The notes beneath the pieces were generated by a model. That model ran no database searches, was not told the DNA's origin, and was given only the letters and a program-made list of their open reading frames with translations. 64,000 nt of DNA from an uncultured Alphaproteobacteria bacterium (lineage in GTDB: Bacteria > Pseudomonadota > Alphaproteobacteria > HIMB59 > GCA-002718135): assembly GCA_902623585.1 (NCBI GenBank), contig CACNUO010000001.1, positions 72,314 to 136,313 of the forward strand, given 5' to 3'. Below are positions 31,961-40,716 of this stretch, piece after piece; positions within the stretch are counted from its first letter, which is position 1, and every line of letters begins with the position of its first letter. A program made the position numbers and the translations under genes.

Positions 31961-33087
31961 TGACTTCCAAAAATAAAAATGGATCTCTTAATGCTGAGGC
32001 ACAAAAATTTTCAAATATAAATTCCCATTGGCACCTTTCATATTTAAGATTAAAAAAAAATCGTTATGGAATGTTTGGTTTATATGGTGTGTTGTTTATT
32101 TTTTTTATTGCTATTTTTGCAGAATTTTTATCACCTCATAGTTATAAGAAGACTGTTCAGGATGAATTATATAATCCACCACAATTAATTCGATTTATAG
32201 ATTCTGAAGGTAATTTTCATTTAAGACCATTTGTATTTAAACTTATTGAAGAAATGGATATGGAAACTTTTGAATTCTCATACTCTAATTCAGATGAAAT
32301 GATACCTATTTATTTTTTTATTCAGGGTGATGAATATTCTATTTTTGGTTTTAAGACTAAGCTTCGGTTATTTGGCAATAACGAAGGTAATATTCACTTA
32401 TTGGGTACTGATAATATGGGTAGAGATATTCTTTCAAGAATGTTTGTCGGAACACAAATTACTATGCTCTTTGCTTTACTTGCAGTTTCAGCATCATTGG
32501 TTATTGGATTAATGGTAGGTATAAGCTCAGGATATTTTGGAGGAACGTATGATTTAATAGCGCAAAGAGTGACAGAATTTGCATTATCATTTCCATCCTA
32601 TCCATTATATTTTGCGTTGGTAGCTCTCTTGCCAAAAAGAGCCGATGAGACGACAGTGTTTGTACTATTTGCCGGAATAATTGTTTTATTAAATTGGGCA
32701 TCAATTGCTAGAGAGATTAGAGGTAAAACTTTTTTAGTAAGAAACCTAGAATTTGTTAGAGCAGCAAGAGCTTTAGGTGCATCTAGATCAAGAATTATGA
32801 TTCAACATATATTTCCAAATACTTTATCTCACGTAATTGTCTGGACATCATTTTGTATTCCTCTAATTATTTTAGTTGAAACTTTTTTAAGTTTCATCGG
32901 AGTAGGTGTTCAGCATCCTATGGTTTCATGGGGAGTAATGTTAAATCAGGCTTTAGATATACAGAGCTTTGCATATGCTCCCTGGATGATTGCTCCAGTT
33001 GGAATGATTATATTAACTGTTTTAGCTTTTAATGCTTTTGGAGATGGAATAAGGGACGCGGTAGATCCATATGCAGTCACAAAATAA
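31960..33087 (+). CDS. ABC transporter permease (DppC/OppC-type)
   Basis: 375 aa with EAA-like loop FVRAARALGASRSRIMIQHIFPN. The start overlaps the upstream stop. Confidence 0.87.
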   Translation: MTSKNKNGSLNAEAQKFSNINSHWHLSYLRLKKNRYGMFGLYGVLFIFFIAIFAEFLSPHSYKKTVQDELYNPPQLIRFIDSEGNFHLRPFVFKLIEEMDMETFEFSYSNSDEMIPIYFFIQGDEYSIFGFKTKLRLFGNNEGNIHLLGTDNMGRDILSRMFVGTQITMLFALLAVSASLVIGLMVGISSGYFGGTYDLIAQRVTEFALSFPSYPLYFALVALLPKRADETTVFVLFAGIIVLLNWASIAREIRGKTFLVRNLEFVRAARALGASRSRIMIQHIFPNTLSHVIVWTSFCIPLIILVETFLSFIGVGVQHPMVSWGVMLNQALDIQSFAYAPWMIAPVGMIILTVLAFNAFGDGIRDAVDPYAVTK

Positions 33088-34699
33088 TCAGAAATTATTA
33101 GATCTGAAAAATGCTGAAGTAAAATTCAGTGTAGAGGGAGGAATTGTCAATGCAGTAAATGATATATCTTTTGACATAATGAAAGGTGAAACCCTTGCTG
33201 TTGTTGGTGAGTCAGGTTCAGGAAAATCAGTCACTGCTAGAACTATAATGAAAATGCTACCTAAGAATTCATCAATTGGGTCAAATTTCAAGATTGAGTT
33301 TAAAGATGTAGATATTACAAATTTAACTCAGGAACAGATGAGACAAATCAGAGGTGATACTATTAGTATGATATTTCAAGAGCCTCTCACAAGTTTAAAT
33401 CCTCTCCATAGGATTGGAAGTCAATTGATAGAGGTATTACGAGAACACAATAAAATTGATAAAATTACTGCAAAAGAAAGAGCCCTTGAATTATTAAAAG
33501 AAGTACAAATTCCTCAGCCAGAAGAAAGATTAAATCAATATCCGCATCAGTTATCAGGGGGTCAAAGACAAAGAGTTATGATTGCAATGGCTATCGCAAA
33601 TAGACCTGATTTATTAATAGCTGATGAACCAACAACTGCTTTAGATGTTACAATACAATCACAAATATTAAAATTACTAAAGGATCTACAAAAAAAATAT
33701 GGAATGGCAATTATGCTTATTACACATGATTTAACTGTTGTAAGAAAAACTAGTGATAGAATATGTGTAATGCGATATGGAAAAATAGTTGAGAGAGGTA
33801 TTACAGAAGATGTATTTAATAATCCTCAACATGAATATACAAAACATTTAATTAATTCTGAACCTAGTGGTGAACCTGATCCTTATGATGCAAGCAATGA
33901 AGATTATATAATACAAGGACAGCAATGTACTGTTAAATTTACATTGAAAAAAGGGAATTTTTTTAATCAAAAGAAAACAGAATTAATTGCAGTAAATAAT
34001 GTTGATATTAAAGCGCGTTATGGTGAAACCATAGGCATTGTTGGAGAAAGTGGATCAGGTAAAAGCACACTTGGAATGTCACTTATAAAACTACAAGATA
34101 TAAATTCTGGAAAAATATTTTTTAAAGATGAAGAAATACAAGATTATAATACTAAGCAATTAAAAGATTTAAGAGAACATATGCAGATTGTTTTTCAAGA
34201 TCCTTTTTCCTCTTTAAATCCTAGACATACAATAAAACAAATAATAGGCGAGGGATTAGAAATAAATAGAAAAGATTTATCAAAAGAAGAAAAAGATGAT
34301 TTAATAAAAAAAACACTAAATGAAGTAAATCTTGATGAAGCTGTCCTTCATCGTTTCCCTCATGAATTTTCAGGTGGCCAAAGGCAAAGAATTGCGATTG
34401 CTAGAGCTATAATTTTAAATCCAGAATTTATTTTACTTGATGAACCAACTTCTGCATTGGATTTATCTATTCAGGCACAAATTATTGATTTGTTGAGATC
34501 TTTAAGAAGAAATCACAATTTGTCATATATTTTCATAAGTCATAATTTGAAAGTAATTCGATCGCTGTGTCATTATACTTTGGTTATGAAAGATGGAAAA
34601 GTAATTGAAGAAGGAATTACTAAAAATGTACTCGATAATCCAGTAAACGACTATACCAAACAATTAGTTCAATCAGCTTTTGAGGTTATAGGTGAATAG
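33071..34699 (+). CDS. Fused double ABC ATPase (DppD-DppF type)
   Basis: 542 aa with two complete cassettes: Walker A GESGSGKS twice, signature LSGGQRQR / FSGGQRQR, and Walker B LLIADEPT / ILLDEPT. Confidence 0.92.
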   Translation: MQSQNNQKLLDLKNAEVKFSVEGGIVNAVNDISFDIMKGETLAVVGESGSGKSVTARTIMKMLPKNSSIGSNFKIEFKDVDITNLTQEQMRQIRGDTISMIFQEPLTSLNPLHRIGSQLIEVLREHNKIDKITAKERALELLKEVQIPQPEERLNQYPHQLSGGQRQRVMIAMAIANRPDLLIADEPTTALDVTIQSQILKLLKDLQKKYGMAIMLITHDLTVVRKTSDRICVMRYGKIVERGITEDVFNNPQHEYTKHLINSEPSGEPDPYDASNEDYIIQGQQCTVKFTLKKGNFFNQKKTELIAVNNVDIKARYGETIGIVGESGSGKSTLGMSLIKLQDINSGKIFFKDEEIQDYNTKQLKDLREHMQIVFQDPFSSLNPRHTIKQIIGEGLEINRKDLSKEEKDDLIKKTLNEVNLDEAVLHRFPHEFSGGQRQRIAIARAIILNPEFILLDEPTSALDLSIQAQIIDLLRSLRRNHNLSYIFISHNLKVIRSLCHYTLVMKDGKVIEEGITKNVLDNPVNDYTKQLVQSAFEVIGE

Positions 34700-34892
34700 T
34701 AAAAACTATTTTGTAACAAGTGATGACGGAAGAAAATATAAAATCCCAGATATAAATAATTTTTTTAAGCATCTTACAGATTTTCATACTGAAAATGGTC
34801 ATGGAAATAATTCGTTACATGAGGAAAATGGCTTCTATTTTACTGTAACTGAAGATTTTTACAATGCAGTTAAAAAAATGTTTATTTCCTAA
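34692..34892 (+). CDS. Hypothetical 66-aa protein, GTG start overlapping the ATPase stop by 8 nt
   Basis: ORF only, with no recognisable family. Its position suggests translational coupling to the ABC operon. Confidence 0.3.
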   Translation: MNSKNYFVTSDDGRKYKIPDINNFFKHLTDFHTENGHGNNSLHEENGFYFTVTEDFYNAVKKMFIS

Positions 34893-34940
34893 AATAACTA
34901 TTATTAAAATATTTATAATAATCTATAAGGTAAAAAAAAA

Positions 34941-35017
34941 GGGCTCTTAGCTCAGTTGGTTAGAGCGCCCCGCTCATAACGGGGTGGTCCGGGGTTCAAG
35001 TCCCTGAGGGCCCACCA
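34941..35017 (+). tRNA. tRNA with anticodon CAT (34975-34977): elongator Met or lysidine-modified Ile2; CCA encoded
   Basis: Hand-folded: acceptor GGGCTCT/AGGGCCC (one G-U), D arm GCTC-AGTTGGTTA-GAGC, anticodon arm CCCCG-CTCATAA-CGGGG, T arm CGGGG-TTCAAGT-CCCTG. Met and Ile2 cannot be separated by eye. Confidence 0.88.
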
Positions 35018-35028
35018 TTTAAAGTATT

Positions 35029-36195
35029 TTATTCAAAATCTTTTTGAAAATTTGGAATTAATATTTTGCGACCACCATCCATTGCGGATTCATGTGCACA
35101 AATTCCTGCTGCCGTCCAATTAGCAGTAATTGATCCATTTGGCCATGGTTGCCGATTTTCATAAATACTTATAACAAATTCATTAACAAGATGTGGGTGA
35201 GATCCATGATGACCACCACCTTGAATGAAACTAAGATGCTCTTTATCTTTATTAAATATTTCTTCTTTAGTAAAACGAGCTATTTCTTTAGGTAGTAAAT
35301 CTTGGCGATCTGGTACATTGATATGCTCAAAAGTAATTTTATTACCTCTGCCCAAGCTTGGAATATGTGAAGATTTTTCATCTGGGTTCATTTCAAATAC
35401 TACAGGATTATCATTTTCAAGTTGCTGCCATTCAAACGTTCCCTTTTCTCCGTATATATTAAAACTTTCAGTATAATCTCTTGCCGTATGAAATAAACTT
35501 CGAGTTACTTCAGCTGCAAGAGGTGTATCATATTCTAATTCAAAAATTGCCGTTTCAACTGGGTAAGGATTATTGTATTGATTTATTAGTTCTTTACGCA
35601 TAACTCCTGAACCAAAACAATGTACAGATTTGGCATGTGTATTGGCTAAAGCAAGAACAGGAGAAATTGCGTGTGTAGCATAATGCATAGGTGGTAATCC
35701 CATCCAATAAGAAGGCCATTTTTCCATATCTTGATAATGAGCTCCTCTAAGCAATTGAATTCTACCAATTTTATCATTTTTTAACATTTCTTGTGCGTAT
35801 ATGAAATGACGTGTGTAAACTGCAGTTTCCATTCCCATATAAACTTTATTACTTTTTTTTTGGGCTTTTAATATTTCTAATAGATCTTTAATACTTGTCG
35901 CCATTGGAACAGTACAAGCACAATGTTTACCAGATTGAAAGACATCAATTGTTTGTTTAGCATGTAGAGGTATTGGTGTTACTAAATGTACTGCATCAAT
36001 ACTTTTATCATCAAGTATTTCTTCAAAGCTTCTAGCTTTATTTGCCAATTCAAATCGATTTCCAACCTCTTCTAAAACTTGAATATTTGTATCAAAAATT
36101 GTTAATTTTCTAACTAATGGATGATTAAGATAGATCGGAATAAAATCAGCTCCAAAACCTAAGCCTATGAGAGCTATACTTAAATTTTTTTCCAT
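35029..36195 (-). CDS. Gfo/Idh/MocA family NAD(P)-dependent oxidoreductase
   Basis: 388 aa with N-terminal Rossmann IALIGLGFGADF and a C-terminal alpha/beta domain typical of sugar/cyclitol dehydrogenases. Confidence 0.8.
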   Translation of the reverse strand: MEKNLSIALIGLGFGADFIPIYLNHPLVRKLTIFDTNIQVLEEVGNRFELANKARSFEEILDDKSIDAVHLVTPIPLHAKQTIDVFQSGKHCACTVPMATSIKDLLEILKAQKKSNKVYMGMETAVYTRHFIYAQEMLKNDKIGRIQLLRGAHYQDMEKWPSYWMGLPPMHYATHAISPVLALANTHAKSVHCFGSGVMRKELINQYNNPYPVETAIFELEYDTPLAAEVTRSLFHTARDYTESFNIYGEKGTFEWQQLENDNPVVFEMNPDEKSSHIPSLGRGNKITFEHINVPDRQDLLPKEIARFTKEEIFNKDKEHLSFIQGGGHHGSHPHLVNEFVISIYENRQPWPNGSITANWTAAGICAHESAMDGGRKILIPNFQKDFE

Positions 36196-36206
36196 AGTTT
36201 ATTATT

Positions 36207-37325
36207 TTATATTCTTTTAAAATTATTAAAATTAAATAATCCTATAATTAAAATATAGATAACAAAAAAAACTAAAAAGAAATAATTTATATTTATATTA
36301 ATAATATTTCCAATAAGATTAGGTCCAAGAAAACTCCCGATATTCTCACTTATATAGTGTCCTGCTATTCCAAAAACTATAACTCCTCCTTCAAGTTTTT
36401 TTCCAACAATATTAAATGTAATTAAAAAAACTGTCCCAATTGTATAATAGTAAAAAGCTACACAAATTACATAGATATAAAAATCACTAATTGAATAAAG
36501 TACTAATAAGTTAATTAAGTTAATGAAGCAAAATGAATTAAAAATTATAGTTTTATTATAATTGTCAACTAGCTTACCCATAAATGGATAAAAAAATAAT
36601 GCTATTGCTCCTGCTAAAAAATTAATTCTTCCAATTTGCTTATCACTATAATTTTCTTCTAATAAGTAAGATGGAAATAAAGAACTGAATCCAGCATCAC
36701 ATACACCAAATAATATTACACAAAAAAGTAAATATTTAATTTTACTTAAAACGTTTTTAGATAATCTAAGACTAAGGTTTTCAATGGCAATTTTACTAAT
36801 AGATAAACGAAATAAATAGATTGGAATAAAATGCATAAGAAAAAATAAAACAGCTAAATAATATGTAAAATTATTTATACCATTAATTGCAATAAATAGA
36901 CTTCCAGTAATTGCGCCTAATCCAGCAGATGACCAAAATAAAGATATGTAGAAACCAGATGATTTTTTAAATTTAGAGCTGATGTATGATTCAAGCGTTA
37001 ATGAATTAATTGTGCTTGTTATACCCATAACAAATTGCATTAAAGCCACAAGGAAAGTATTTTGATCAAATAAAAAAATTAATGAGAATGTAAATTGAAT
37101 CAATGAACCATACAAAATTGTTGAAATCAAATTTAATTTTTTTCTTATTAAATTATGTAATAATGCTCCTAAAATAACTCCAATACCCCATAATGATAAC
37201 GATAGACCTATGTAACGTTCTTCATAACCTTTTATTTTTAAATCAATAGCAAAACATGTTGCTAAATAACTATGTGACAATGCATATAAAAAAATTAGGC
37301 AAGAATATTTTAAAATTTCTTTCAC
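36207..37325 (-). CDS. MFS-type transporter
   Basis: 372 aa, about 11-12 hydrophobic helices. Co-directional with the downstream oxidoreductase, 11 nt away. Confidence 0.65.
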   Translation of the reverse strand: MKEILKYSCLIFLYALSHSYLATCFAIDLKIKGYEERYIGLSLSLWGIGVILGALLHNLIRKKLNLISTILYGSLIQFTFSLIFLFDQNTFLVALMQFVMGITSTINSLTLESYISSKFKKSSGFYISLFWSSAGLGAITGSLFIAINGINNFTYYLAVLFFLMHFIPIYLFRLSISKIAIENLSLRLSKNVLSKIKYLLFCVILFGVCDAGFSSLFPSYLLEENYSDKQIGRINFLAGAIALFFYPFMGKLVDNYNKTIIFNSFCFINLINLLVLYSISDFYIYVICVAFYYYTIGTVFLITFNIVGKKLEGGVIVFGIAGHYISENIGSFLGPNLIGNIINININYFFLVFFVIYILIIGLFNFNNFKRI

Positions 37326-37369
37326 TGTTTAGTTGAATTAATTATTATTATGTTTATTAGAGTTGACAT

Positions 37370-38434
37370 ATGTCATTAATTTCGCTTCGACAACTATTAG
37401 ATCATGCTGCTGAAAATAATTATGGTGTACCAGCATTTAATGTAAATAACCTGGAAGCGATTAGGGCTATAATGGAAGGGGCTAAAGAGTTAAATAGCCC
37501 AGTTATTTTGCAAGCTTCTGGAGCAGCAAGAAAATACGCTGGCCCCATTTTTGTTAAAAAATTAGTAGAAGCCGCAATGGACGAATTTTCAGACATTCCA
37601 ACTGTTTTACATCAAGATCATGGTGGATCTCCATCAGATTGCAAAAATTGTATCGAACTTGGATTTACTTCTGTCATGATGGATGGCTCCTTAATGGATG
37701 ACCAAAAAACACCTTCAGACTTTGATTATAACGTTAGAGTTACCAAAGAAACAACTGATATGGCGCATGCCTTAGGTGTTTCCGTTGAAGGAGAAATTGG
37801 ATGCTTAGGTTCTTTGGAAACTGGAACTGGGGAAAAAGAAGATGGTGTTGGTGCAGAAGGCAAACTTGATCATGATCAACTTTTAACAGATCCAGATGAG
37901 GCATCAGATTTTGTTAAGGCAACTAATGTAGATGCATTAGCTATTGCTATTGGAACGAGTCATGGAGCTTATAAATTTTCTCGACCACCTACAGGTGATA
38001 TTTTAGCAATTGATAGAATTAAAGAAATACATTCAAGACTTCCAAATACTCATTTAGTAATGCATGGATCATCCTCTGTTCCTCAAGATTTAATAAAAAC
38101 TATTAACGAATATGGCGGAAAAATAAAAGAAACATACGGTGTACCTGTGTCTGAAATCCAAGAAGGAATTAAACATGGTGTTCGAAAAGTAAATGTTGAT
38201 ACAGACTTAAGACTAGCAGCTACAGCTGCAGTAAGAAAATATTTCCATGAAAACCCTTCTCAATTTGATCCTAGAAAATATTTATTACTTTCAAAAGACG
38301 CTATGAAAGAAGTTGTAAAAAGTAGACTTCAAGAATTTGGAACTGCAGGAAATGCTTCATCTATAAACTCAATTTCTTTAGGTGAAATGTCAAAAAAATA
38401 TAAATCTGGTGAGTTTAAAGCTATTATCAATTAG
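37370..38434 (+). CDS. fba: Fructose-bisphosphate aldolase, class II
   Basis: 354 aa with N-terminal [22 protein letters not shown], then HQDHG and MHGSSSVP motifs. Confidence 0.92.
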   Translation: MSLISLRQLLDHAAENNYGVPAFNVNNLEAIRAIMEGAKELNSPVILQASGAARKYAGPIFVKKLVEAAMDEFSDIPTVLHQDHGGSPSDCKNCIELGFTSVMMDGSLMDDQKTPSDFDYNVRVTKETTDMAHALGVSVEGEIGCLGSLETGTGEKEDGVGAEGKLDHDQLLTDPDEASDFVKATNVDALAIAIGTSHGAYKFSRPPTGDILAIDRIKEIHSRLPNTHLVMHGSSSVPQDLIKTINEYGGKIKETYGVPVSEIQEGIKHGVRKVNVDTDLRLAATAAVRKYFHENPSQFDPRKYLLLSKDAMKEVVKSRLQEFGTAGNASSINSISLGEMSKKYKSGEFKAIIN

Positions 38435-38479
38435 CTTTTTATTATTGATAAAAATTATTTTTTAATCCAAAATATAAAT

Positions 38480-39307
38480 ATGAAAAAAGTTTCACAGCTT
38501 GATGAATATTTATTTGATTTAAATGGATATTTAATAATTGAAAATGCTTTAAGTAAAAAAGAATTAAAAGATCTTAATAATATTCTAGATAAATTAAAAA
38601 GTTTAAAACATAAAGAATGGGCAGGCTATGTTCATGGACACAATTACGGTGGTAAGGAAGGTTTAAATCTTCAACAAATTTATGAAGCCGGAAAACCCTT
38701 TGAAAAATTAATTGATCATCCTTCATGGATAAATCATATGCTTCATTTTGTTGGAGGAAAAGATACATTTGATCAACATCATGGACCATTATTTATCGAT
38801 GAAAATTTTGCGAATATTAGAGGGCAAGGAGAAGCTATTGGCATTCATTCTGGTGCTCACGAAGGAACTCAAAGAGGTCATTATAGATTTGAAAATGGAA
38901 AATTTCACTGCGGACAAATTAATATTTTGCTAGCTCTCAATGATATAGGCCCTGGTGATGGTGGTACAGTCATTATTCCTTCATCACATAAATCAAATTT
39001 ACGTCATCCAGAGTTTGATAAACATGTTATGAAAAAGGGTAAAGTTACATCAGCTGATAATATGACAGCTTCAAAAGAAATTTATTTAAAAGCTGGAGAC
39101 GGACTATTATTTGTAGATTCACTTTGTCATGGTTCTGCAAAAAGAACAAATAAAGGAGAAAGAAGAATTGTTGTTTACAGATATGGGCCATCTTGGGGTT
39201 TTTTTAGACACCCTTATCGACCTTCAAAAAAACTACTTTCAAATCTCACTGAATTTCAAAAAAAAATAGTAATGCCTCACGAGCAAGTACTTTCACCAAA
39301 TAACTAA
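38480..39307 (+). CDS. PhyH-family Fe(II)/2OG oxygenase paralogue with a non-canonical H-S-G at the expected HxD position
   Basis: 275 aa. It has the PhyH N-terminal pattern (FDLNGYLIIENALS), ILLALNDIGPGDGGTVIIPSSH and a distal His in FVDSLCHGSAKR. The first metal motif reads GIHSGAHEG (codons at 38846-38866). Confidence 0.7.
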   Translation: MKKVSQLDEYLFDLNGYLIIENALSKKELKDLNNILDKLKSLKHKEWAGYVHGHNYGGKEGLNLQQIYEAGKPFEKLIDHPSWINHMLHFVGGKDTFDQHHGPLFIDENFANIRGQGEAIGIHSGAHEGTQRGHYRFENGKFHCGQINILLALNDIGPGDGGTVIIPSSHKSNLRHPEFDKHVMKKGKVTSADNMTASKEIYLKAGDGLLFVDSLCHGSAKRTNKGERRIVVYRYGPSWGFFRHPYRPSKKLLSNLTEFQKKIVMPHEQVLSPNN

Positions 39308-39386
39308 AAAAACAAGGTTATTTACTAGTTAAATACATTTTTTTTATCTTGATTTTTCGATCAATTTAACTTTTAAAAGATATATT

Positions 39387-39396
39387 AAAGGGAGGA
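39387..39396 (+). promoter_or_regulatory. Strong Shine-Dalgarno block AAAGGGAGGA, 4 nt upstream of the SBP start
   Basis: Same 10-mer as at 28844 and 45656. Confidence 0.6.
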
Positions 39397-39400
39397 ATAG

Positions 39401-40654
39401 ATGAAATTAATTAAATCCTTAATTTTGTCTCTTGCAGTTTTAGTTGGGTTTTCATCAACTACAAATGCTAGAGATATTACACTTTCAATGTGGACGCATA
39501 ACCAGCTCTATGTTGATTACTTCAATACTTATCTTGAAGAAGTGCAAGCTGCATTTCCAGATGATAATATTACTTTTGATTTTCAAGTTACGCCTGATAT
39601 GGCTACAAACAGTTTAACGGCGATTGCTTCAGGTTCTGAACATACTGATCTTTTAGGAATTGAGATAAGCGGTTTTGGCTTATTTATGGTTGATGATATT
39701 ATTTCAGACAACTTTGTACCACTAACAGATATGTACGGTGACATGTCTCAATGGAATCCAGGAAAAGTAGCTGCTTGGACTCATACTAATGGTGAGATAT
39801 ATGGAATTGAAAGTGAAGGCTGTTATATGGTCTATTACTACAACCCAAGCATTCTTGAAAGTTATGGTAAGTCAGTGCCGAAAACTTGGGATGAGTTTAT
39901 GGAAACTGGAAAAATTTTAGCTAAAGATGGTATTTCAATGATGCTTTCTGAATTGAGATTTATTGGTATGTACCAGCAAGCTGGTGGTAAATTCTTCAAT
40001 GAAGATGGTGAATTTGAAATGGATGAAGATCTTTTCATGGAAGTTTTAAAATTCCAAGAAGAAGCTTTTGCATCTGGAGTAATTAATTATACTACTGACT
40101 ATTGGGGTCAAACACCTGGTGTTCTTTACAATTCAAAGCAAACTGTAGGAACTATGGCGCCTGACTGGTATAACAACTGTTGTTTACAACCTACAGTTAA
40201 GGATACTCAATCTGGTGAGTGGAGAGTTGCTCCTCTTCCTACTTGGGGAGATGAAGGATATAAAACTTTTCACTGGGGTGGAACTGGTTTTGCCATTCAT
40301 AAATCTTCAGAAGCTGTAGACGTTGCTAAAAAGTTACTTGAACTCGCTTACTTCTCATATGAAGGTCAAATTGCAAAATATGATTTCTTTGGAGGAATGC
40401 CTACTTTATTGGCTGCTCTTGAAGATCCAAGAATTGCAGATAAAAAATTTGATTTTTATGGAGGTCAAAAATTTGCAGAGCCGTTTATTTCTGTAGCAGG
40501 GTCAAGTGCTGATGACTATCAGCATGTTGGTCGAGCTATTATTGATAGTGTTTCTCGTGATTTGACAACATTATTAGCAAATGGTGAAATAACTGCTGAG
40601 GAAGCTCATGAAAGGTTCATTTCACAAGTTCAGGATGAACTTGACTTTTTATAG
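39401..40654 (+). CDS. CUT1-type sugar ABC transporter substrate-binding protein
   Basis: 417 aa with a signal peptide (...SSTTNA/RD) and SBP_bac_1-like composition. Followed by sugar permease domains. Confidence 0.8.
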   Translation: MKLIKSLILSLAVLVGFSSTTNARDITLSMWTHNQLYVDYFNTYLEEVQAAFPDDNITFDFQVTPDMATNSLTAIASGSEHTDLLGIEISGFGLFMVDDIISDNFVPLTDMYGDMSQWNPGKVAAWTHTNGEIYGIESEGCYMVYYYNPSILESYGKSVPKTWDEFMETGKILAKDGISMMLSELRFIGMYQQAGGKFFNEDGEFEMDEDLFMEVLKFQEEAFASGVINYTTDYWGQTPGVLYNSKQTVGTMAPDWYNNCCLQPTVKDTQSGEWRVAPLPTWGDEGYKTFHWGGTGFAIHKSSEAVDVAKKLLELAYFSYEGQIAKYDFFGGMPTLLAALEDPRIADKKFDFYGGQKFAEPFISVAGSSADDYQHVGRAIIDSVSRDLTTLLANGEITAEEAHERFISQVQDELDFL

Positions 40655-40667
40655 ACGATAATTTTTT

Positions 40668-40693
40668 AAAGCAGGGTTTTTACCCTGCTTTTT
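40668..40693 (+). terminator. Hairpin AAAGCAGGGT-TTTT-ACCCTGCTTT plus T tail after the SBP gene
   Basis: A perfect 10-bp stem 14 nt after the SBP stop, located inside the operon. Confidence 0.55.
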
Positions 40694-40716
40694 AAAAATC
40701 AAATCAAAATAATAAT

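Noticed and set aside
34941-35017. The tRNA-flanked island as an active integrative element.
   Set aside because: No integrase gene and no duplicated tRNA 3' segment (att) was found in the window. I report it only as a possible ancient junction.
39318-39335. Imperfect AT-rich dyad TATTTAC-TAG-TTAAATA upstream of the second SBP gene, considered as another LacI half-site pair.
   Set aside because: Only 6 of 7 positions are symmetric, there is no central CG, and the sequence is low complexity. The evidence is insufficient.
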